From positions 1,600,001 through 1,664,000 of the forward strand of contig CAVYRW010000004.1 of assembly GCA_963771045.1 (NCBI GenBank): a stretch of 64,000 nt of DNA, written 5' to 3'. Positions 54,867 to 64,000 of the stretch are shown piece by piece. Under the pieces are notes generated by a model. It saw only the letters and a program-made list of their open reading frames with translations, was not told where the DNA came from and did not search any database. Each line of letters starts with the position of its first letter. The stretch's first letter is position 1. Both the position numbers and the translations under genes were made by a program. This DNA is from Waddliaceae bacterium (GTDB lineage: Bacteria > Chlamydiota > Chlamydiia > Chlamydiales > SLFE01).

Positions 54867-54983
54867 AAAATATTCATATTATTAAATATACAGAACACAT
54901 TAAATGCTATATAAAAACATAAAGTTATGTTAATATACATAGATTAAAAGATCAAATAATTTTAATTATAAAAAAATAATTAT

Positions 54984-57646
54984 ATGAAAATAAAACCAAA
55001 TGATAAGAACATACGATATCAGATTCACGAATTGCTAAACAATTTATCTGAAGATCAATTCATTTATGATTTACTTGCATGTTATGGTAAACCCAAAGCC
55101 TCTATTACAAGATTAAAAAAGGGTCACTACAATGCATCCAAAAACAAAAATGAAGTTCTTTGGAAAAAAAACTTATACTTCAAGCATACCGATTCAAAAG
55201 AACTATATTCTATTATAGACGAATTAAAATACAACAATCAAATATCAAAATATTCACCCCGTTTTATAATTGTTTCAAATTACAGAAATTTTTTAGCCGA
55301 AGATACCAAAACTAATGAAACACTAGATATTGATATAAACGAATTACCAGAATACTACGACTTTTTCCTACCTTGGGCTGGTAAGGAAAAAGTTAAACAT
55401 AAAAGTGAACGTTTTGCTGATATAAGAGCTGCTGAAACTATGGCTAAACTATATGATGCTATTAAGCGAGATAACCCAAGCCAAAATATTAAAACCACAC
55501 ATGCACTTAATGTGTTTTTTTCTCGAATATTATTCTGTTTCTTTGCTGAAGATACAAATATTTTTGAAAAAGGGTTGTTTACGGATTCGATTGCCTCACA
55601 TACAGAAAATGATGGCTCTGACCTTAAATCTTATTTAACAAAGCTTTTTCAATCATTAGACGAACGTGATAAATCTTCTTATCGAAAATTTTTGCAAAAA
55701 TTCCCATATGTAAATGGCAATCTTTTCTCAGAAAAATTCCATAATCCTAAATTTTCAAGAAATTCACGAAAGATTCTCTTGAATGTGGAAAAGCTAGACT
55801 GGTCTTTAATCAATCCAGATATTTTTGGTTCAATGATACAAGCTGTTGGAAATCCAAATCACCGCAACGAGCTAGGTATGCACTATACATCAGTCTCTAA
55901 CATTATGAAGGTCATAGAACCACTATTCTTAAGGAATCTGTACAACGAATTTCGAAAAGTCTGTAAACGACAAAAAAAAATTAAAACGGCTTTTAGATCG
56001 AATATCAAGAATTCAAATATTTGATCCTGCTTGTGGTTCAGGAAACTTTCTAATTATTGCCTATAAAGAACTAAGAATCCTTGAAATGAAAGTGCTTGAA
56101 AGATTACAAACAATTACGCGGCAAAACATATGTCCCTGGTCACGTATATCCCTTTCTCAATTTTATGGAATTGAAATAGATGATTTTGCACATGAAATTG
56201 CAATTCTTTCATTATGGATTGCTGAACATCAATTAAACGTTGAATTTTTTACAAAATTGGCAAAAAACGTCCGTCCCTTCCACTAAAGAAAGGAGGGAAT
56301 ATAGTATGCAAAAATGCGACAAAAATAGATTGGAATGAAGTTTGTCCAAAAAATAAAAATTCCGAAATCTACGTAATCGGAAATCCTCCCTATTTAGGCA
56401 CTCGCAACCAAACTCAGGATCATAAAGATGATATGTCATTTGTCTTCCAGGATTTTAAAATTTATAAGAATCTTGATTATATTTCTTGTTGGTTTTACAA
56501 AGGTGCGGAGTACATAAAAGGACATTCAGCTTTCTTAGCGTTTGTATCAACAAATTCAATAACTCAAGGTGATCAGGTTTCACTTTTGTGGCCGTATATA
56601 TTTGCAAAGAATATCGAAATTGGGTTTTGTCATCAGTCATTTAAATGGACAAATAATGCAAAAAAGAATGCCGGTGTTTCATGCGTAGTAGTTGGTCTCA
56701 GAAATTCATCAATTTCCCCAAAAGCAATTTACACTGGTGATCATATGATTCAGTGTGAACAAATAACGCCCTATTTGACATCAGGTCAAAATATTACAGT
56801 TAAAAAAAGGAACTCTAGTCTTTGTAATTTACCAAAAATGTCATATGGAAATTACACAGGTGCATGTGGACCTCTGATACTTAGTAGCACCGAAAAAAAT
56901 GATTTAACAACAAAATTTCCAAAATCTAAAAAGTTTATCCGAAAATTTATTGGCTCAAACGAATTTATTAACGGAATTGACAGGTATTGTATTTGGATTA
57001 GAAATGATCAACTCAAGGAAGCAAGTTTAATACCAGATATACAAAAAATAATTTGCAAAGTTCGTAAAGCAAGAAAAAAATCTAAAGATCCTTGTATACA
57101 AAAGTTAGCTTTACGTCCCCATCAATTTAAGAGATCTGAAAGAAGTTAAAAGAACTGCCATTGTAGTTCCGATAGTATCTTCAGAAAAAAGAGACTATAT
57201 CCCCTGCGGTTTTGTAGACAAAAAAACGATTATTCCTAATTCAGCACAGGCGATTTACAATTCTGATCCATATGTCTTTGGAATTATTTCTTCAACGATG
57301 CACATGACATGGAAAAGCTGTAGCAGGAAGACTAAAAACTGATTATAGATATTCATCTTCCCTTTGTTACAACACATTTCCGTTTCCAAACATTTCAGAA
57401 AAACAAAAAGCATATATAAACACAAATGTACATAAAGTCATTGCTGAACGACAAAAACATACAGAAAAAACACTTGCTGAACTTTATGATCCAACTAAAA
57501 TGCCTTCGGGATTATTACGTGCTCATCAACAACTTGATAGAGCTGTCGAATGTTGTTACAGATCAAAACCATTTTCAAGTGACGAAGAACGTCTAGAATA
57601 TCTTTTTAAACTTTATAAAGTAATGATGGAAAATAAAGGTTGTTAA
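54984..57646 (+). CDS. MmeI-like / YeeA (DnmA)-like N6-adenine DNA methyltransferase with target-recognition domain, ~5 frameshifts
   Basis: RILFCFFAEDT, FPYVNG.LF, PDIFGSMIQ, GMHYTS, FDPACGSGNF, GNPPYLG, STNSITQG, YNTFPFP, LYDP..MP..AH..LD. Confidence 0.88.
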
Positions 57647-57648
57647 CC

Positions 57649-59567
57649 ATGCCTAACATTGTTGATATTACTTACGAGCAAACCGGCAATAGCACAAAAA
57701 CTAACTCCATGGGTATGCGTGAGATGCAAGAACGTGTATACTCAGTCAAAGATGAACAGTATATTTTACTAAAAGCACCCCCTGCCTCTGGTAAATCACG
57801 AGCCTTAATGTTTGTAGCTCTAGATAAATTGCATAATCAAGGAATAAAAAAAGCTATCATTGCTGTTCCTGAAAAGGTTATTGCTAATTCGTTTCAAAGA
57901 ACAGACCTAGCCTCGGATGGCTTTTTTACAAATTGGGAGCCAAACCCAGTCTTTAATTTATGTACATCTGGAGGAGACAAAAAAAAAGTTGAATCTTTTA
58001 TTAACTTCATGAACAGTAATGAACAAATTCTTATCTGCACTCACTCCACCTTGCGCTATTCATTTGCAATATTTCCGATGATTTTTTTAATAAAACCCTT
58101 CTTGCAATAGATGAATTTCATCACGTTTCATCAGATTGTGATAATAGGTTGGGTGAATTATTGCGTTCTGTCATGGCAAATTCCACTGCTCATATAATGG
58201 CCATGACTGGCTCATATTTCCGAGGTGATTGTGTTCCAGTTTTACTACCAGAAGATGAAGCAAAATTTACAAAAGTTACATACAACTATTTCGAACAGCT
58301 AAATGGATATACATATTTAAAATCTCTTGGAATTGGATATCACTTTTACCAAGGCCCTTATACATCGGCAGTTGATAATGTGCTTGATACAAATAAAAAA
58401 ACAATCCTCCATATACCCCATCCACAATCTGGAGAATCCACAAAAAATAAAATAAACGAAGTTGATACAATTATTGACACAATAGGTTTAGTAAATTTTG
58501 TTGACCCTTTAACAAGTATTATCAATGTAAAACGTCATGTTGACGGTAAAATGATTAAAATTGCTGATCTGGTAAATGATGATTACATGACCCGTGAAAA
58601 AATTACACGATACTTGCGTCAAATCAAACATGAAGATGATATCGATCTAATTATTGCATTAGGAATGGCCAAAGAGGGATTTGATTGGCCTTTCTGCGAA
58701 CATGCTCTAACAATTGGATATCGTGGGTCGCTAACTGAAATTGTGCAAATTATTGGACGATGTACACGTGATAGCAGCAACAAAACTCATGCACAATTTA
58801 CTAATCTTATAGCTCAACCAGATGCAGATGATGAACAGGTGAAAATATCTGTGAATAATATGTTAAAAGCAATTACCTGTTCACTTTTAATGGAACAAGT
58901 ATTAGCACCCAATTTTAAATTCAAGACAAAACAAACTGAAAGTGATAAACCTAAAGCAGGAGAAATCAAAATTCATGGCTTTAAGGAACCTAGCTCAAAA
59001 AGAGTAAAAGACATTTTAGAAACAGATATTAACGACCTTAAAGCAAATATTTTACAAGACGAAAATATATTAAAAGCTATTCCGGGGAATGTAGAGCCTG
59101 AAATTATTAATAAAGTGATGATTCCTAAAATTATAAAAACAAAGTACCCCGACCTTGACGAACAACAGGTAGAAGAAGTGAGGCAACATGTTGTGGTTGA
59201 TTCTGCTATCAAAAATAGTGAAATTCAGCAATCTGGCGATAAACGCTTTATCCGAATGGCAAACCAATTTGTAAACATCGATGATTTACACATAGATCTA
59301 ATAGATAGTATCAATCCTTTTCAAAAAGCTTTTGCTATTCTCTCAAAATCTGTAACACCTATTGTTCTTAAATTAATACAAGAAACAATAGAAGAAACAC
59401 GAATTCAAATGACAGATGAAGAAGCTGAATACCTTTGGCCTCAAATTAATCAATTTGTAGCAATAAATGAATGTGAGCCAAATTTAAATTCTCTTCATTC
59501 TCACGAAAAACGATTAGCCGAGGCCATCGTATACTTAAAAAAGCTAAAGCGAGAAATGGGGTTATAG
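57649..59567 (+). CDS. YeeB-like superfamily-2 helicase/ATPase, frameshift near 58070
   Basis: GMREMQ, APPASGKSRALMF, IDEFHH, MTGSYFRGD, EGFDWP, QIIGRCTRD. Confidence 0.88.
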
Positions 59568-60734
59568 ATGGAAAGAGAGAAATTATTGAATTTAATAAAA
59601 GAGGATAAACACGGAATTCTTGCTTCTAAGACCAAAAGCTCAACAATTTGCACTCCTGAAAATAGGCTTATTTCATCATTTGAAGAAATAAATGAATTCG
59701 TTGACGAAAGTGGAAATGAGCCAAAACAAAGTAATAAAAATATTAAAGAATACCAACTATTCACACGACTTGAAGCAATCAGAAACAACCCTGAAAAAAT
59801 CAGGATACTTCAGGACTACGACAGGCATCAGTTATTAGGTGAAATAAAAAAGACATTGTCAATCCATGATATTCTTAAAAATTGTCATTCAGAAATCTTT
59901 CAGAATCTTGAGAATAATATTTTTGACTTAACCAACATACCTAAACCCTTATCTTCGCCAGACTATATTGCAAAACGAACACCTTGCAATGATTTTGAAT
60001 CCTTTAAAAAACTTTTTAAGAAATGTCATAGCGACCTAGCTTCAGGTAAAAGGATAATACGACCGTTTTCGAAAGAAATAAAAAAAGGACAATTCTACAT
60101 TTTAAAAGGTATTTTACTTTATGTTGCCGAAATAGAAAAGCCTCAGATTATTTCTGGAAGAGAAAATCCTCGTCTTCGTTGCATTTTTGAAAATGGTACT
60201 GAATCTGATATGCTCCAACGGTCGCTATCAGCTGAACTTTATAAAGACGGAAGACTTGTAACTGAACACAGCAACAAACTTTTGGATGAATTTACCTCCA
60301 TATCAAATGAAGATATAGAATTTGGATACATATATATCGCAAAGTCCTTAAGTGAATCCCCAAAAATAAAATCTATAAATAACCTATATAAAATTGGTTT
60401 CTCACGCTCAACTGCTGAAGACAGAATTAAAAATGCTGAGCAAGAACCAGCTTTTTTGATGGCCCCAGTTCAATTAGTAGCATCTTATAAATGCTACAAT
60501 GTCAAACCTCAAAAATTAGAAAATAAATTACACGCATTTTTTGGAGGGGCATGTCTAAATTTGGATATATTTGATAAACACGGCAAAAGGTGCTGCCCAA
60601 GAGAATGGTTTGTTGCTCCCTTAGATGCAATTGAGTATTCTATCGGTCTTCTTCTAAATGGAAAAATTACAAAATTTAAGTATGATTCAGTTTTGCAGGC
60701 AATTGTTCCCAAGAATTTAGAAATAAATAAATAA
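59568..60734 (+). CDS. YeeC-like protein with C-terminal GIY-YIG (T5orf172) nuclease
   Basis: RLRCIFENGTESDML.RSL, GYIYI..LYKIGFS..R, LE..LH.FF, PREWF. Confidence 0.88.
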   Translation: MEREKLLNLIKEDKHGILASKTKSSTICTPENRLISSFEEINEFVDESGNEPKQSNKNIKEYQLFTRLEAIRNNPEKIRILQDYDRHQLLGEIKKTLSIHDILKNCHSEIFQNLENNIFDLTNIPKPLSSPDYIAKRTPCNDFESFKKLFKKCHSDLASGKRIIRPFSKEIKKGQFYILKGILLYVAEIEKPQIISGRENPRLRCIFENGTESDMLQRSLSAELYKDGRLVTEHSNKLLDEFTSISNEDIEFGYIYIAKSLSESPKIKSINNLYKIGFSRSTAEDRIKNAEQEPAFLMAPVQLVASYKCYNVKPQKLENKLHAFFGGACLNLDIFDKHGKRCCPREWFVAPLDAIEYSIGLLLNGKITKFKYDSVLQAIVPKNLEINK

Positions 60735-60901
60735 ATACCTATTACAACATTTTTTTTGAGGTTACGGTGCAATGGAGGTGCAACGGTGCACAAATTCAGC
60801 CATCACCAACCCACACAAACCGATAGCAATCAATTCTTATCTCCCTTATCATTATACTCATAGCGACTGGATGGTAACGGTTGGTCGGGGATTCTCCCTC
60901 C

Positions 60902-60945
60902 CTCATAATCCGTCGGTCGTAGGTTCGATTCCTGCCTGCCCCAAT
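60902..60945 (+). repeat. attR: duplicated 3' half of the tRNA
   Basis: CTCATAATCCGTCGGTCGTAGGTTCGATTCCTGCCTGCCCCAAT vs 47916-47959. Confidence 0.95.
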
Positions 60946-61014
60946 TTACATAACCTATTGCAGGAAAGGACAACTGGTACGATTATCAACTACTGGTTCA
61001 AAAACGGAGTAAAA

Positions 61015-61506
61015 ATGCAAAAAACAATAACTACAAAGCCTGAAATCATGTTAGTTGGAATCAGTGTTCGCACGAACTACGAACAGGAGCTGGATAAAAT
61101 GAAAGGGAAAATTTTCCCCTGCATACAGCGATACTTTCATGAGAAACTTTTTGAAATAATTCCCAATCGAACAAATCCCGATACAACATTTTGTGCCTAT
61201 ACTAATTATGACTCAAATTATCAGGGGGCTTATACATATTTTATTGGTGAAGAGGTCGCATTGCTAAATGCTCCGCTCCCAGAAGGATTTCAACAACTGA
61301 TCATTCCTTCACAGAAATACGTAAAATTTACAACTGCTCCAGCACCTATGCCTGAGGTAATTGTAAATGCCTGGAAAGATATTTGGAAAATGTCATCCGT
61401 AGAATTGGGTGGTAATCGTCGATACCATACCGATTTTGAAATTTATGACGATCGAGCCAAAGACCATCAAAATATTGTTTTAGATATATGGATAGGTCTT
61501 GAATGA
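61015..61506 (+). CDS. GyrI-like small-molecule-binding protein
   Basis: LVGISVRT..YTNYDS..YTYFIG..KY.KF..W..IW..R.Y.TDFEIYD. Confidence 0.85.
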   Translation: MQKTITTKPEIMLVGISVRTNYEQELDKMKGKIFPCIQRYFHEKLFEIIPNRTNPDTTFCAYTNYDSNYQGAYTYFIGEEVALLNAPLPEGFQQLIIPSQKYVKFTTAPAPMPEVIVNAWKDIWKMSSVELGGNRRYHTDFEIYDDRAKDHQNIVLDIWIGLE

Positions 61507-61545
61507 AACCTCCTTTAAACAATAGTGAAAATCTTCACATTTTGA

Positions 61546-61633
61546 CAAAAAGGTTGCCTGTGCGGCAGTGGACATAATACTGCTTCGGTAGATATTAACA
61601 AGACATTTCTAAGCTGCCTGCGTGGCAGTGAAC
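61546..61633 (-). CRISPR. Orphan type I-F CRISPR remnant: 2 repeats, 1 spacer
   Basis: Minus strand: GTTCACTGCCACGCAGGCAGCTTAGAAA (61606-61633), 32-bp spacer (61574-61605), degenerate GTCCACTGCCGCACAGGCAACCTTTTTG (61546-61573); canonical 28+32 I-F spacing. Confidence 0.85.
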
Positions 61634-61640
61634 CCAAGAG

Positions 61641-63038
61641 GAGAATGTCCCAAAATTAGTTGAAATTTTATCTTGAAAAGAGGTGGCTCCTATAGTCAAT
61701 ATGTAATTTTGACAAAAAACAAAAAAACAAAGGAGCCACAAGATGAATAGTCGCACATCACAGAATAAATCAACAGATCTTCTCTCATTTGCATGCCCCG
61801 AAGAGAAAATTGCTTATCTCATTGGAGCTGCTAAGGACGATTTCGATCAGTTTTTTATTTCCTTAAAGAAATGCTTGATCGAGTTTCTTTTTTCTTCAGA
61901 AAGAGAAATGCTTGCCGGACCTAAATACGATCCACTGCCCGGATGGGAGAAATGGGGATCTCAGGCGGGTTCTGTTTATGTGGGAGGAGAAAAATTAAAA
62001 GTAAAAAAGCCACGTTTGCGGAAGGATAAAAAGGAAGTCCAACTCTCTGTATATCAGGAACTAAATAATAAGGATAGATTTTCTGATGATCTCTTAGAAA
62101 AAGCTTTAAAGGGGATCTCTTGCAGGGAGTATGAGGGTGCGCTGGACGGTTTGCTTGACCACTTCGGTATTTCTAAATCCTCTGTTTCACGGCATTTGAA
62201 AGCGGCGACAAGTAAACAGCTTAAAGAATTAAAAGATAGAGATTTAAGCAGTTTTTCTCCCTTCGCTATCCTCATTGATGGTTATCATCTGGCAGGAAAA
62301 GTTTTTATTGTGGCAATGGCAATTGATCTTGAAGGAAATAAGCATTCTCTTGGTTTTTGGGAAGGTGCAACTGAGAATAATGTGATTTGTCAAGAGCTGT
62401 TGAACAATCTCGACCGCAGAGGACTAAAGCTTGATGAGAAAATACTTTTTATAACCGATGGAGGAAAAGGGATCATTAAGGCTCTGAAGGATAGGTTTGG
62501 AAAATTACTTATACATCAAAGATGTACGATTCATAAAGACAGAAATATCCAAAAGCATCTTCCCAAAAAATATCGAAAAGAAGCGCATCATCGCTTCCGA
62601 AATGCAATAAATTGCCTTGAGTATGAAGATGCTAAGAATGAACTCAAGAAATTGGAGAGTTGGCTTGAAACAATCAACCCATCTGCAGCGGAATCTCTCC
62701 GTGAGTGTTTTGAAGAACTCCTCACGGTGCATTGTTTAAAAGTGCCTCCTCGTTTGAGGAAGACACTGCATTCCACAAATCCGATTGAATCAGTGTTCTC
62801 AAATACAAGCCGGCGTATGGGCCGTATAACTCGTATTCAAACAAAGGGTAAAATGGCGCAAAGATGGTTGGGGACAACCCTCTTGGATGCAGAAAAAAGA
62901 TTTCGAAAAGTTAAAGGATATTTTTCAATCGAAGAGGTAAGGGAAAGGATAATCCGAATTCAGAGTGAAATAAAAACAAAGGTTGCGTAAACTGGTATAT
63001 GGAGTCACCGAATTTCAACTAAAAACGGGACATCCTCT
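61641..63038. mobile_element. IS256-family element, ~1.4 kb
   Basis: Imperfect IRs GAGAATGTCCC..TTAGTTGAAATT and AATTTCAACTAA..GGGACATCCTC; flanking direct repeat ACCCAAGAG at 61632-61640 and 63039-63047. Confidence 0.92.
61743..62990 (+). CDS. IS256 transposase, intact
   Basis: PRLR, GISCR, SKSSVSR, IDG, ITDG, QRCTIH, STNPIES. Confidence 0.93.
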   Translation: MNSRTSQNKSTDLLSFACPEEKIAYLIGAAKDDFDQFFISLKKCLIEFLFSSEREMLAGPKYDPLPGWEKWGSQAGSVYVGGEKLKVKKPRLRKDKKEVQLSVYQELNNKDRFSDDLLEKALKGISCREYEGALDGLLDHFGISKSSVSRHLKAATSKQLKELKDRDLSSFSPFAILIDGYHLAGKVFIVAMAIDLEGNKHSLGFWEGATENNVICQELLNNLDRRGLKLDEKILFITDGGKGIIKALKDRFGKLLIHQRCTIHKDRNIQKHLPKKYRKEAHHRFRNAINCLEYEDAKNELKKLESWLETINPSAAESLRECFEELLTVHCLKVPPRLRKTLHSTNPIESVFSNTSRRMGRITRIQTKGKMAQRWLGTTLLDAEKRFRKVKGYFSIEEVRERIIRIQSEIKTKVA

Positions 63039-63351
63039 ACCCAAGAGCATGACTTTTTATTGCGGTGTCTGACTACCTACAGACTGCCCCGTTAACGAAT
63101 ACACCTAATTCACTTAAATTAATATATCAGAATGACATTAATCCGACTTTACAAGCAGCAATTCCTGCTGGAGCTGAAATCGCTGAAACAGAATTAGTTA
63201 AAACAGACTCTTTCGTAGAATCGGTCTCTAATTTAACCGATCTTGAACTATTTTTAACCACTGACTCTTTTATCGTTCCCCTAGAGGAAACGCTTGAATC
63301 GCATTCTTTTTCCATGAAGCTTGAGTCAGAATTTCCAGCGGGAATTGCTGG

Positions 63352-64000
63352 CTTGCAGACATTATGGTTAAGAAATACGCCGACCACTTGCCTCTATACC
63401 GCCAAAGTGAAATGCGCGCAAGGGAAGATGTTAGGATAAGCCGGCAAAACCTTTGCACATGGGTTGTAAAAGCGGGTCTCGCCTTAAAACCCTTGTATAC
63501 ATTAATGAAAACAAAAATTCTTGAAAGTGAAAATGCTTTTGCGGATGAAACTCCTGTCAAGATGCTGGATCCCGGAAGAGGAAAAACTAAAGAGTCTTAT
63601 GTATGGGCGCTCGCTGGAGGAAAAACAAAAGATCCGCCTTATCGGATTTATCAATTTTTCGAAAACCGCAAGCATTGCAACGCGAAAGAACTTTTAAAAG
63701 GTTTCAAGGGGACTCTTCATTCCGATAAATATGGAGCTTATGAAACGCTGGCAAATATGAAGCAGTATACCTGGTGCCCCTGCATGGCGCACATTCGTCG
63801 TAAATTTTTCGATATCCAAAGCGGCGATAAAGAGTTTAAAGATTGGTTTTTAGCCCAAATTCAGGAGCTTTACAAGTATGAAAAAATCGCTTGGGAAAAA
63901 TCCCCCGAAGAACGATTAAAAATACGGCGGGAAGATGAGGAGTCGATCATCAGCGAAATGATCAAACAGGCGAAAAAAAAGCTTCAAGACCATAAAATTC
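63352..64000 (+). pseudogene. IS66 TnpC transposase fragment (5'-truncated, runs off window)
   Basis: KYADHLPLYRQ, ADETPVKML, LHSDKYGAY, CMAHIRRKF. Confidence 0.88.

Larger units (their letters stand above)
47916..60945. mobile_element. tRNA-integrated genomic island / phage-satellite-like element (~13 kb)
   Basis: 44-bp att direct repeat (47916-47959 vs 60902-60945, 2 mismatches); integrase adjacent to attL; primase/helicase module. Confidence 0.92.

Noticed and set aside
60902..60945. Second tRNA gene
   Set aside because: Only the 3' half is present; it is attR.
47916..60945. Complete prophage or ICE
   Set aside because: No structural, packaging, lysis, relaxase or T4SS genes.
60772..61014. 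N-terminal extension of the 244-aa ORF 60772-61506
   Set aside because: It reads through arm sites and attR; the GyrI-like domain starts at ATG 61015 behind a GGAG RBS.
63048..63100. Third CRISPR repeat on the far side of IS256
   Set aside because: After removing the IS, no repeat appears 32 bp from the intact repeat.
63065..63439. 124-aa ORF as a real gene
   Set aside because: It crosses IS-end junctions and overlaps the tnpC frame; likely spurious.

Overview
This window looks like the chromosome of an environmental Chlamydiae (Parachlamydiales-like) bacterium, judging by conserved chlamydial gene order: mcsc/CT260-dnaQ, accA-msbA, HIT-MYG1-CT387-like and DUF1207. Many genes, including housekeeping ones, carry single-base frameshifts, so some of these are probably sequencing errors. 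The core genes are interleaved with lineage-specific effector-like genes: three tandem paralogues, three tandem lipases, LRR and repeat proteins. Four complete IS elements have visible terminal inverted repeats and target-site duplications: an IS5/IS903-group element that carries a GxxExxY nuclease passenger, an IS66, an ISAs1 and an IS256. A ~13 kb phage-satellite-like island (47916-60945) is integrated in a tRNA(CAT) gene. It encodes an integrase, an excisionase-like HTH protein, a split primase and DUF3987 helicase, and a candidate five-gene defence locus (YeeABC-like methylase-helicase-GIY-YIG plus two divergent nucleases). Just outside it lies an orphan type I-F CRISPR remnant (2 repeats, one 32-bp spacer) with an IS256 inserted 7 bp from the intact repeat. 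Protein family calls come from motif recognition only; no database searches were run.
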